Shown here: positions 53,195 through 64,000 of the stretch, piece after piece
How the letters are laid out: every line of letters begins with the position of its first letter
Position numbering within the stretch: the stretch's first letter is position 1
Assembly: GCF_036321535.1 (NCBI RefSeq)
Contig: NC_087437.1
Location: 108,006,001-108,070,000 of the forward strand
Reading direction: 5' to 3'
DNA: 64,000 nt
DNA from: Camelus dromedarius
Taxonomy: Eukaryota
The notes under the pieces: generated by a model
Database searches by the model: none
What the model was told of the DNA's origin: nothing
What the model saw: the letters and a program-made list of their open reading frames with translations, nothing else
Program-made: the position numbers and the translations under genes

Positions 53195-53541
53195 TGGTAA
53201 AATATAAACTGAGGATATTAAAATTTTTCAGTTTATTTGAGCAAAAATTGATTTGCATCGGGAATCATCCAATCTAACAGATAGAAAGGGACTCCAAGGA
53301 GTTATATGAGATGAAAGACTTACTAGACTTAACTAAAAGGGAACAAGGTTGGTTGTTGCAAATTCACGTTCCTTTAGTAATGGCTGGAGTCTATCAGGCA
53401 GATTACTAACTGGTACTGATCAGAAGATTCCTGCTTGACTGGTCTAGGATTCCATTCCTGAGACTGCTAAAACTGTCTTTGTTATGTTGTGGGGCCTAGC
53501 ATAAGTGACTCCATTTGGGGCCTGTTGCCTTGTTTTTAATA
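53195..53541 (-). mobile_element. ERV1-type solo LTR (MER57/MER67-like)
   Basis: Perfect TSD ATGG (53191-53194 and 53542-53545); ggggcctagcataagtgactccatttgggg is typical of this LTR class. Confidence 0.8.
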
Positions 53542-55079
53542 ATGGAATTCAACATTACTAAAAATATTAGTATTTTTGTTCATTAAGAAATGATTTTGGC
53601 CATAAATACAATGGCTAAAAACACCCAAATGAGATTACATTTTTATATCAAGTAATGAATAAAAGGTTGACTGAATTAAAAGTTATCTTTTTATCTATCT
53701 ACACAGGAACTGGAAAATGCAAAATGTCTTATTTAAATTTGAAGGTTATTATCCACTCTAGATCTCTCCATGTGGATTTTTGTCAGGGTTCAAATGGATA
53801 AAACAAATGAAAAAATGTTTACTCTTTCTTCCTCTTGAGAAATTATCACTAAAACAGAAACAGGCCCTCTTATTTTTAAATAGAATCTTAAAAAGTCACA
53901 TAATCACTACACTCAAATGCTTAAATATCTAGCTAGAAAAAAAATAAAAGTTTTGCAGTTTTTGCATGATGAGAAACTTCAAATGTGTGAGATATAACGA
54001 TATTGTGATTTATTTAAGAAAATAAAATTAAAGTATGGAAAAAATAAATGAATTACTTTTGTGGTATTGTTCTCAGTGAAATGTCTTCTATTTATGAACT
54101 ACAAGTTTCCTGTAGAGAATCCTCTCAATTTCTAGAAATCTCACCTGCAAATAAAAATATCTGTAGAGTCACCCTTACCTTGTTCCTATTACCAAAAAAA
54201 AAAAAACAAAACAAACAAACAAACAAACAAAAAAACCTGGAAATTTTGCTCTGCATTTAATTTCTTGTCAGATCCTCAGCTCCTAACCCTTTTACTGAAA
54301 CATCAGCAGGTGACACTTCATCCTATATAATAAAACTTTAAAAGTTATTCAAAGTAATTTCCTTGAAAATCTCTCCTGGAGGCCTTTAAATTTCATTATC
54401 CTTATGCATAATGTTATTTTTGTAGCTATATATCTATCATTCTATCCATCCAATTTTCTATTGTCTCATCTAATATCTGTATATATTTTTGTTTGTATCT
54501 ATGAATCTATTTATCTATCTACGTATGTATTAATTGATGTTCGGTCAATGGTCTAGCCTCAGCCATTATTTTTGATCTTTGATTGTCTATTTGTAGCCCA
54601 TTCTTAATCTCAGAGCAAACTTATTAAGACTTCTAAATATTGCACACAATTCCTCCACTTACTATACTTGCACCTCTTAAATGCTAACTATTTATTCTAA
54701 GAATTCTGCCAGTTTAAATGCAGCATATATTAAAAATCTATGGGAATTGACATTTCCTCCCCTTCCTCGATACCATAACTTTCTTAGAAATCTGTGAATA
54801 TTCATCTATTATGCAATTTCATGTGTTTAATTTTGCTTTTTAGCTATCTAATGAATTTATATTATCTAATAAATGGTACTTTCCTTGAAAGTTGGGTCTT
54901 ATGATCCATTCTTTGACTTTGTTATGTCATATAAAATCAAACACAAAATTCCATATATAATGGGAATTTAGCACATGTTGATTGCATAATGTAACTGATG
55001 TCTGAAAATTAATTTTGAAAAATTTATAAATTTGATTGTGTTGCTGGGGTAACTTGGATTCAAGAAAGATTAAGGAGTT

Positions 55080-55640
55080 TCCATAGTTATCCAGGAACAA
55101 ATTGATATAGATTTGACTTAATAATGGAAAACTTTAGATTTACAATATTTCCCAAAATAGAAAACATGGGTTTACATGACTGAATGGATCTACAGAATGA
55201 GGGAAAGTAAAAGATCAAAGGGGACTTTGTTGATTTAGCCAGCATGGGAAACTGGTTAACTAGTACCACAATGGGTAAATCTGGGAGTTAGGCAAGAGAG
55301 CTAACAGATCAGGGCTGGTAAACCATATTCCATTGTAGTAACTGGGTTCAATGATGGATGGAATGTGGACTGAAAGGAGGCCAGATAGAAAAGTCGTATG
55401 AGGAGAAACACAGGACCCAGGGGAGAAGTTGGCAGAGCCATCAGAGGAGTTCAATTATTATATAAGGACAGCTGAGAAAGTAGTATATTTTCAGAAGGAG
55501 TAAGCGATCGATAATAAAGAAAGCAGATTGGAAGAGTAATTCAAAATGGTGAACAGCTTGATATTAGCAAGAAAGGGATCACTGCCAAGCTCATGAAGGG
55601 CTATTTCAGTTGAATGGTAGCATTGTTATCTCATATTATT
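55080..55640 (-). mobile_element. Ancient L2 fragment
   Basis: Purine-rich antisense L2 motifs (gcttgatattagcaagaaagggatcactgccaagc...ctatttcagttgaatggtag). Confidence 0.5.
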
Positions 55641-55888
55641 AAAAAGAATAATATATCTTTGTCTTTTTTTTTTAATGTGTGATTTTCACATGAAATAGGC
55701 TTCTCTAGAGGGCCAGTCAATAAAATAAAGTAGTTCTGTATATAAAACTAGATATATGGCATAATATGTAAAATAAAACTGGTTATATAAGGCAAAGCTT
55801 AATATATTTTAGTCCTCCCTTCATGCTCTGAAAAATTCGTATATCAAGCAATATGGCTTCTGCTTTCAATTTCACTTCCATATTCTTC

Positions 55889-56022
55889 TTTTTTTTTTGT
55901 TTGTTTGTAAGAGGAGATAATTAAGTTTATTTATTTACTTTTAGAGGAGGTACTGGGGATTGAACACAGGACCTCATCCATGGTAAGCATGTGCTCGACC
56001 ACTTGAGCTATACTCCCACCCC
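55889..56022 (-). mobile_element. Vic-1-type camelid SINE
   Basis: Antisense: ggaggtactggggattgaacacaggacctc...aagcatgtgctcgaccacttgagctatactcccacccc, with T-rich tail. Confidence 0.9.
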
Positions 56023-56499
56023 CTACAACATTCCTTCTTGATTTAGAGTATCATTACATGTAATGTTCAAGTGCTCAGTTTAGCTACTAGGGCTTAAAGA
56101 AGCCCACAGGGCCGGGGAGGGGATCAGGGTGAGGAGGAGAAACTAGCACCAGGAAAATGGGCTCTCACTTTTGATAAACTGACTTAAAAATATTTTCTGA
56201 CTATGTCTGATCATATCCCCCAGCTGAATTCTATAGCTGTGGAGTACAGGACACACGTCCACACACAACAGAAACCACTGTCCTTTCAGTGCTGGTCTGT
56301 ACAGGCTAGTACTGACTCTGCTGAGGGACCAATTATCCCCTCTGAATTAAAGTAAATGTTTTTTTGTTTTGTTTCTACTACTCACTCAGGTTCATTCTTC
56401 TTTGGGCACTTTCTCTGGACCATGTATACAGTGGACAAGATGCTGTAGAGCTCAGTGAATCTCAAAGGCAGATCCATTCAGCAACAGCGTTAGTATCCC

Positions 56500-56646
56500 C
56501 AGTCATTTTCCAGGGATAGTTCAGAGTTTCACACTTCAGAAGTTCTAATTCAGTATATCCGGGGTAGAGTCCAGGAGACTACACTTTTACAAAACTCTGC
56601 AATCTTTTTTAAGGTCTTTGCACAGCCAGGGTTGGGACAAATTACT
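56500..56646. mobile_element. MER5-type MITE fragment
   Basis: cagaagttctaattcagtatatccggggtagagtccaggag...cagccagggttgggacaaattact. Confidence 0.6.
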
Positions 56647-57353
56647 ATTTTATGTGTCAAATTTCTTTAAAATCTTGGGACCTTAATATTAGTGTGAAAC
56701 AAATGGGAAAACTGAAACTCTGAGAAGGTAACTAACTTGCCTAAATTTATTAACTTGGAATTCATGTCTAGACCATGGGATGGATATTGCTGTCATCACA
56801 GAAAAATTGCCTTTCATGGAAATTGTTCTCTGTTTGCATCTGTGTTTATTGTTTTCTCAACAGACATTGCTCTGGACTATGTATTACTATACCGAACCTA
56901 TCCAACACTCCCATTTTCCCATTCTCTCCTGATATTTTGCTCAGTGTTTTATTTGCTTTTTTTTGTTGTTGCTAATTCCTCAATGAGTCTTACTTGAGCA
57001 CAGTAGGAATTCTGTCTTGCTTCCTTGTCTGCCTTAGTCTGGTACTGGGTACCAAACTCACAAGAGGTTATTTTCTTCCTGCTTTGTAGATAAGACTTTT
57101 TTGAACCACTTAGTGGTAATTAAACCAATCCTCCTGCCCAGCCTCTTGAGTCAAAATGTTATGACAGATTGATTTGTGCTAAGCTGGTAATGAGTGTAAA
57201 GGAATTAGAGTACTCTTACTCTAATAAAGTGTGAAAATCGAATGTACTTATGAGAGACTGGGAGAAATTGTACCCACTGAGTGGAGGTAATTGTGGCTAG
57301 GAGAGTCATTTAGAACCATTTATATTTATAAAACAGATAAACTTTTTGCCTGA

Positions 57354-57801
57354 TACATTACTATTCGTAAGGATTCTTCAGAATAACAGGACTAATAGGA
57401 AATGTGAGATATATATGTAGATACATATGAAACAAAGAAAGAGAAAGAGAGATTTATTTTAAGGAATTGGCTCACACAATTGTGGAGGCTGACAAGTCCA
57501 AAACTCTGCGGGGTAGACTGGCAGGCTTTAGACCCAGGGAAGCATTGATGCTGCATTTTGCATTTGAAAGCACTCTTCTGGCAGATTCCCTCTTCTTTGA
57601 AGGAGGCCAGTCTTTTCCCATTAAGGCCTTCAGCAGATTGGATGATGTTCACACACGTCATGAAGGGTAATCTGGTTTGCCCAAAGTCTACTGATTTAAG
57701 TGTTAATCTCATCTAAAAAAATACCTTCAAGAAACATCTAGAATAATGTTTGACCAAATACTGTCCCCTAACCAAGCTGACACACGAAATGAGCCATCAC
57801 A
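57354..57801 (-). mobile_element. MLT2 (ERVL) solo LTR
   Basis: gatttattttaaggaattggctcacacaattgtggaggctgacaagtcc...ctactgatttaagtgttaatctcatctaaaaaatacc...gagccatcaca; 5-bp TSD cctga/cctgg. Confidence 0.92.
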
Positions 57802-58762
57802 CCTGGGAACAGATGAGGGCATTTTGCAAATCAAAAGGATATGAGATTATCATGAAGGCAATAAAGCCCTGAGCTACTGTAACAAGGAATAGGACTCTAA
57901 TACAACAGGACTGGCGAGAACATCAAAGCACAGGAATTACGCTCATTTTGGAAGGAGGGAGGCTTGTTCCTATCATGATACAACTTCACAATCAAGAAGT
58001 CCAGGGGCCCATTGGATCAGTAACTCGAGTTTATAATGACGGGTTCTGTATTTTGGTGCGATTTGGAAGGCAACGCTATAATTTATTCCTGGTGAATCAT
58101 AAATCTGAACTTCAGAGGCAAATTTCCAGCACCAGTAATAAACATGTGCATTTGAGTCCATTCTAGATAAGAGACCAGCGCAAAATGTGAGGAAATTCCA
58201 ACTGATCTCTATCTAGTTCCTTGGCTGATGCTGCAACGTGGCTCATGCTCTCTCTTCCCCACGTATATAAAGATACTTAAGAAAACATTATAGTGTTCTT
58301 CTTTCGGTCAGTTCGCAACATGATGGAGTCTCCCTTATACGACTTTGTTCTTGTTCTGTTTATTTATTTAGTTACAAAAAAGTGGGTTTGGGAAACATTT
58401 TATTATCCTGTGGGGGCTTTGATAGCTTGATTGATTAAGTAAAAGCTATGATACATTTAACTGAAGTTGAGAAGACTGAAATCTGAGGAAGGGTATAGGA
58501 AATTTCCAGATTATATTTTTGACTTAATATTTTTTCAATTTGTAAAGCACCTAGAACTGCCTGACTGCTCTTAAGAGTAATAGAATAGAGATGGGGCCTC
58601 AGAGAAGGTTCCAGAAAATATCTATCTTTTAACAAAGCCTAACAGTTCTCTGATGGTATCTGTAGGAAATCAGTCCTGGCAATTCTGGTATCCTAGACAC
58701 TTGGACATAATAAATGAAGCATCACTATTGATTACTAATCAATGCTGATTATTGTGTCTTAC

Positions 58763-58926
58763 CTCATTCTTCTTATTCTCTCCTCCTTCAGATTTTTTTG
58801 GTGTGTTGAATAGGAGGAAATGATGTCTAGCAGTTAATGAATTGGGAACCCTGGTTATTTGAATCTCTGTTTTGGCAGAGATCTGGGCCGATAACAGGAG
58901 GTATAAAGAGTGACATATATATTCTC
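58763..58926 (-). other. Candidate 164-nt internal exon with one open frame
   Basis: Minus-strand acceptor cttttgctttttgtggttcttgttgctgcttcag| and donor GAG|gtaaga. Confidence 0.33.
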
Positions 58927-61849
58927 CTGAAGCAGCAACAAGAACCACAAAAAGCAAAAGTAGCACTGGGTTTGGATTTGCGGCAGAATAGGACTCTTTC
59001 TTGCCATTGTGCCTAGATGCCTCCAGTATTGTGAAGGAGAGCTGATTGCCCACCAGCTGCCCCCAGACATTAACAAGGCTTTCTTTTGCCTGACTGTGGT
59101 CCCTCAAGCCAAGGCTTCCAGGTGACAGCAGTGGGCAGGCGCCTCCATGGTGCCCAGGGATGGGTTTATTTTACTCTACCAGTTGAGCAAGTGATTTGCT
59201 ATCTAGTGACACATTACTGAAGTCTTGTTAGAAGAAGACAGGATAACATGCACGGTGAATGATTTGAGGGAAAACAAAATGAACAAAAAAACCCTAACAA
59301 AAAGCAATCAAGCATATTTTAGCTAACCATACATTTCCAACAGATGGTAGCAACTTTAACTCAATAACTTGTCTTCTTTTTAAGCCTTTCATATAAATAC
59401 TACCTAGAACCCCAAGACAGAGCCCCATCAAATTTCCATTTATCCAGCTTCCTTAAAATATGCAATAAATGCATTATATAGAAATATATTAAGATCTAGG
59501 CTCCTAGGAATAAATACACTTTCCCAGAATGCTCTGTCCCTTGGAAAAAATGATGGTAAATCAGTAACAAGAGGGCTAAATAAGGAGACTCAGTTTTACC
59601 ATATGTTTACCTTCTGTCATATACTGACTCATTTCAGCGACACCTCAAGATCTGATGTTAGATAGAAAAGTGGTAATCCCCTGCTTTACGTGCTAGGAAT
59701 CAATGCTGTTGTTTGGAATATGCAATGGCAATGATAAAATTCCCCCAAAATTGTAACATCCAGGAAGGTCGGGGAGAATAAATATTTTCCTAAAAGGTAT
59801 GCAGAAAATTAGAGGAATAGAGAAAATATCACTGGTCATAATCCAAACCAGGGACAAAAATGGTGTTCTGAGTCCAGGGAGCAGCGTTCTAGCCAATTCC
59901 ACAGCTGTAGAACAGGAGTCAAAACCTCAAGTCGGAAATTTAGGCACAAAGGAAACAGGTGGGAGTGGGGGACTCTTACAAATAAGCCATAGGAGTTAAA
60001 CTGGTTTCAGGCAAGGCAGAAGCCAGATTACTAAGACTGAGGCACAAGGTAAAATATACATACCACAACCAGAATTGATTTAATTACTCGCTGAATGACT
60101 CCTGAAGACAGTGGCATCCCAGAAGCTGGTAGCTAAGACTGGAGATCTGAGTAAAATAACTTAGCAATTGAGAGACAAGAAACAAGATGGTAGGAAATAT
60201 GATAGCCACGACTTGATTTTGGCTTGAAATATTCAAGGTTCAGTCATGTCAGTGAGGCATCACTTGTAAAAATCACTGTAGAAACTTTTGGCTTTAACAT
60301 GCTGTTTAAAATCATTTGGAAAACGTCTTTAACTATGCAATAACACAATTCTAAATATTTTATAAAGATGGAAATAGATTCTTTTCCCCAGATATATTTG
60401 CCTTTCATTTGTTTCTTGATTATTTTAAGTTATACTCCTTTAAGAGATTTTGTTATCCTAGACATGAGTGTTATTAGTGCAACATATTTTGTGGAAAACA
60501 GAAAACAGTGAGTGCTTCTTCATTCCTAAGAAGGAAAAGATTATACTTATGAATCTTGGTGGAATTTCTATATATCTACCACGTCTTAAGTCTACTTAAT
60601 GATAGTATAATTTGACACTATGGATGCTATATAATACATACACTCATAAACACCCTCCAACATATATCACTTTCTAGGTACAGCTTTCTGCACTAGCTAT
60701 CCACTTACAAAAAAACTTAGTAATATATATCTTTGCTGCCACAATTATCCCTATCATTTCAATTTCTATTAAAGATTCAACATATCATGATTTATAAATT
60801 TATGCAGAATGTCAAAACCTATAATAAAGTAAGCTTTGGCCATTCAGGAGCCATCCAGAGACCTTTACAAAATCTCACATTCAGAGAGCATATAATTTTC
60901 TTCATAAAATATAGACAAGATGTAATAGAGTACCACAAAATCAAGTCAAGATGTAGAACGTTGGCAGTTCGTATGCAACATGTATTGAGCTAATTCTTTT
61001 AACTTCTTGCAAGAATACCACATTTTCTCATTCAAATTAGCATATTGGCAAAATTTAATTAAAATTCTAGGGTTTTTACTAATTAAATGGCAAGCAAGGA
61101 ATGTTATAAATCTGCTTTACAGATTTGCAATGGCAATTTATTTATTTTTAAAATTCTTTCTTTTTTGATGCTTTTAAAGCAATGTTCATTATCTTCATCC
61201 AAAAATTTACTTTCTCCAGTACATGAGGGATATATATATATTTGGTGCCTGATTTAATAATACTAATATAAGGTAAATTAAATTTTCATTGAATACTAGC
61301 ATTAAGATAAATTTTATTTACTGATAATTTTATTTTTTATCATCTTTTGAAATGACAATTCATATCAGAAGAAACCAAGATGATATAAAATCAAAGGGAG
61401 ACAATAAATGAATAAAGTCAATATTTATTAAAATTGTAAAAGTGCACATAAAATTTTACTGATATGCCTGTCTTAAAGGCTCTGTGGATGTCAAGGAGCA
61501 GTAAGTCAAGAGTAGGGACCACTAATGGTATCACTCCAGTCTCATTCCTGAGGGAAGAAGATATTTCTTCACTTTCCTCACCTGACTTCTGGCAAAATCT
61601 TAAACCTTTCAGGATTTACATCTTGCTGAGAATGTAGCTAATGCCCCTAGCTAGGTTGGCTCTAGACTTTTCTATGTGTCTCTTTTCCAAATATAAAAAC
61701 ACACATACAGAGACATGCATGCCTACAGACAAGGCACACCTGGCCTTAGTCTTTCTTTCCCACTCTCTTTGGGACCTATGACACACCTGCAAACATTCTT
61801 GGATCAACTCCAGTAATCAACCCACATTCATGTAAACCCTGTAGAATAT

Positions 61850-61990
61850 TCACCTTGGAAGGACCATTGGAGATCTTCAAGATTAAATTCTCATTTTAAG
61901 CATAAGGACACAAAACCCCAACATTTTGCTGCAGAACCCCAATTAAGACCCAAGTCCCATGTCTAATTCAATGCTCTTTCCAAATCACTG
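61850..61990 (-). mobile_element. MIR3/MIRc fragment
   Basis: ttggaaggaccattggagatc...ctcattttaagcataagg...ttcaatgctctttcca. Confidence 0.6.
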
Positions 61991-62999
61991 TAAATTTTTT
62001 CATATATGCTTGCCCTTAAAACCTATGTGTTTTTTTGCTTATCTATTCAACTGAGTATAAGAGTTAGCCAACCTGAATAAAGAAAATCAAGAGACTGCTG
62101 AAATCTATTAGAGATAGCCGAGAAGTGGGGTGAGCAAGTCTGATCCACTTTAAGAAATTCAAAATATATACCTAACTCAGTTGTAATCAAGAACCTGGTA
62201 TTAAATATAGATATACCAAAAAAATGTACCAAATATACAGAAAAACTCCAACACACTGCCTACCTTATAACCCTAATTATATAGAGCAGATCTCATCATG
62301 TTTCTCGCAGGTCAAGGGAAAAAAAAAAGCCACATATATGAAAAGATGAGATTTGTATTTTATCCAAGTCTTGCTGGCAAGATGTTCTTGTTTTTAATAA
62401 CTCCACTACCTGAAACCATAGTAGGAGACAGGAACATTCTCCCTTGCGATTTTTTTTCCCCCAAAACTATCCACTAATCTTTTAATTAAAAGGGAATGAT
62501 GGAGAGATGGCAAGTGAGCAGGAGAAGCTGAAGAACACAGGTTCCCTATGTATTTGTACAACTCTAATCAGTCTGCACATCTCTCAGAGAGCTCTGTATT
62601 AATTACATGGAATCTAATCCATTCTACTAAAGCCAGTGTTGTCAGCCACCATGATTGCCTCTAGTTCATAATGTTTGTAGACACAGGTTGATAAAATATA
62701 TAACCTAGAAGAGAAACTTCTAGGAAGGTTTTACATACTAGAGGATGTTAATATTGTAGAAAATAATTTTATGCAAATTTGGGCTTTAAATAATGAAAGA
62801 ACCCTGATTTTTCTTGGAAGTCCCTGAAACATGTATTTAACTTAATTTTTCCTCTCAATTCAGTACAATGCCTTTTATTTTAGTCAGAAAAGTACTATTT
62901 TGGTAATAACATATAGAAATATCCAGACATATGTGATGCTGGCAAATATTTTTTAAGCCAAGGAATTAAAGTAAAAATAATCCATGTTTCCCTCTATAT

Positions 63000-63190
63000 A
63001 GCAATAATCACTATATACATAGGGAGTGCTTACTACATAGGAAGCACTATGCTAAACATTTTCCATAAGTTATTGAAGTGATTCCGTGGAATTATATATT
63101 GCAGTTTTACTTTCGAGGATAAAAGCCTCAAGAATAAGTAGCTCATCCACATTAAATACCTCCTAAGTCCCTGATACTCACAATCCGTGA
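63000..63190 (-). mobile_element. MIR fragment
   Basis: gagtgcttactacataggaagcactatgctaaacatttt. Confidence 0.6.
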
Positions 63191-63199
63191 AACCGATCA

Positions 63200-64000
63200 T
63201 TATTCTCTCTTTCACCTCAACTCCTTCCTGTTCTTCCTGTGCCTCCCAAACCAACTGCTATTTCAAGGCATTAGATTTCATTCATTCATTCGACAAACTT
63301 CAAGTGGGCTGTTATTGATCACCACTAATGCAACAGTTAGTTTCCTTCTCCCTTGATTCTTTTACTTCCCTAGATTATTTTCAATCTCTTTCCTTTTTCC
63401 CTTACCTGCTAATATCTGTTTTCCTATCATCTAATGACCTTGGTTCCTAACTTACAAAGAAAATAATAAAGATCAGAAGAGAACTATCTAAACTTCCTCC
63501 ATGAAAACCATCACTCTACCTGTATCTGTCCCAATACCTGGATTTCTTCCTTCCCATTGTGAAAGATTTTTTTCATGCTTGTATCCGAGAAGAACCTCTT
63601 CTCACTAGATTCCAGTTATACCATTCCAGCATCTGTCTGCATTTTCTCATGTATCACCAACTTTTTCCTTTTTAAAGATAATTTCTATATACAGCTGTAT
63701 TAGCTCACAGCAAAAAAAAAAAAAAAAAGCCTCTCTTGATCCACGATCCCCTTCCATTTTCTGCCCCATTAATCTTCTTTTCTTTATTTTAAAGCTCTTC
63801 AAACTGTTTCCTGTTCACAATTCTTTTCTTAATCTGGTCCTCAAAGGCTCTCAACTCCATGGCTTAACTATAAGATCTCCTGCCAAGACCACCATTGACC
63901 TTGCTGAGTTGCTAAATTCAGGTCAATCCGTGGTCCTCATCTTACTTGATTTCTCAGCAGTGTTTGAATTAGCTAACACTGTCTCTTTCCTGAAATGTTT
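63200..64000 (+). mobile_element. L2 ORF2 (reverse transcriptase) remnant, running off the window end
   Basis: From 63930 it translates as VVLILLDFSAVFELANT, a degenerate L2 RT motif (LILLDLSAAFDTVDH). Confidence 0.8.

Noticed and set aside
57392..57712. 106-aa ORF MRLTLKSVDFGQTRL...
   Set aside because: Entirely inside an MLT2 LTR, a common source of spurious predicted proteins
1..64000. Prokaryotic-type systems (operons, CRISPR arrays, defence islands)
   Set aside because: The sequence is mammalian non-coding DNA with no long ORFs or repeat-spacer arrays

Overview
AT-rich mammalian genomic DNA, most likely from a camelid (alpaca, llama or camel). Three copies of the tRNA-Ala-derived Vic-1-type SINE are present, and I see no Alu, Bov-tA/BovB, PRE-1, CAN or ERE SINEs. 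I recognise no protein-coding gene: the supplied ORFs are short, low-complexity or derived from repeats, so the window looks intronic or intergenic. It is dominated by interspersed repeats: old L1M, L2 and MIR fragments, hAT fossils (MER5, MER58A, MER81), ERVL/MaLR LTRs, seven ERV1-type solo LTRs with 4-bp target-site duplications (TSDs), and microsatellites. The most striking structure is at 22964-25445. Two near-identical solo LTRs of one family sit as an inverted (tail-to-tail) pair 304 bp apart, and each is interrupted by a different LTR in the opposite orientation, all four with their own TSDs. Other observations: an old ~185-bp local duplication whose second copy interrupts an L2, several orphan exon-like segments with strong splice signals, a tail-only retroposon with a 16-bp TSD, and a compact CRE/HRE motif cluster. 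I found no convincing evidence of a new multi-gene biological system. Repeat family names come from recalled consensus sequences and need RepeatMasker/Dfam confirmation.
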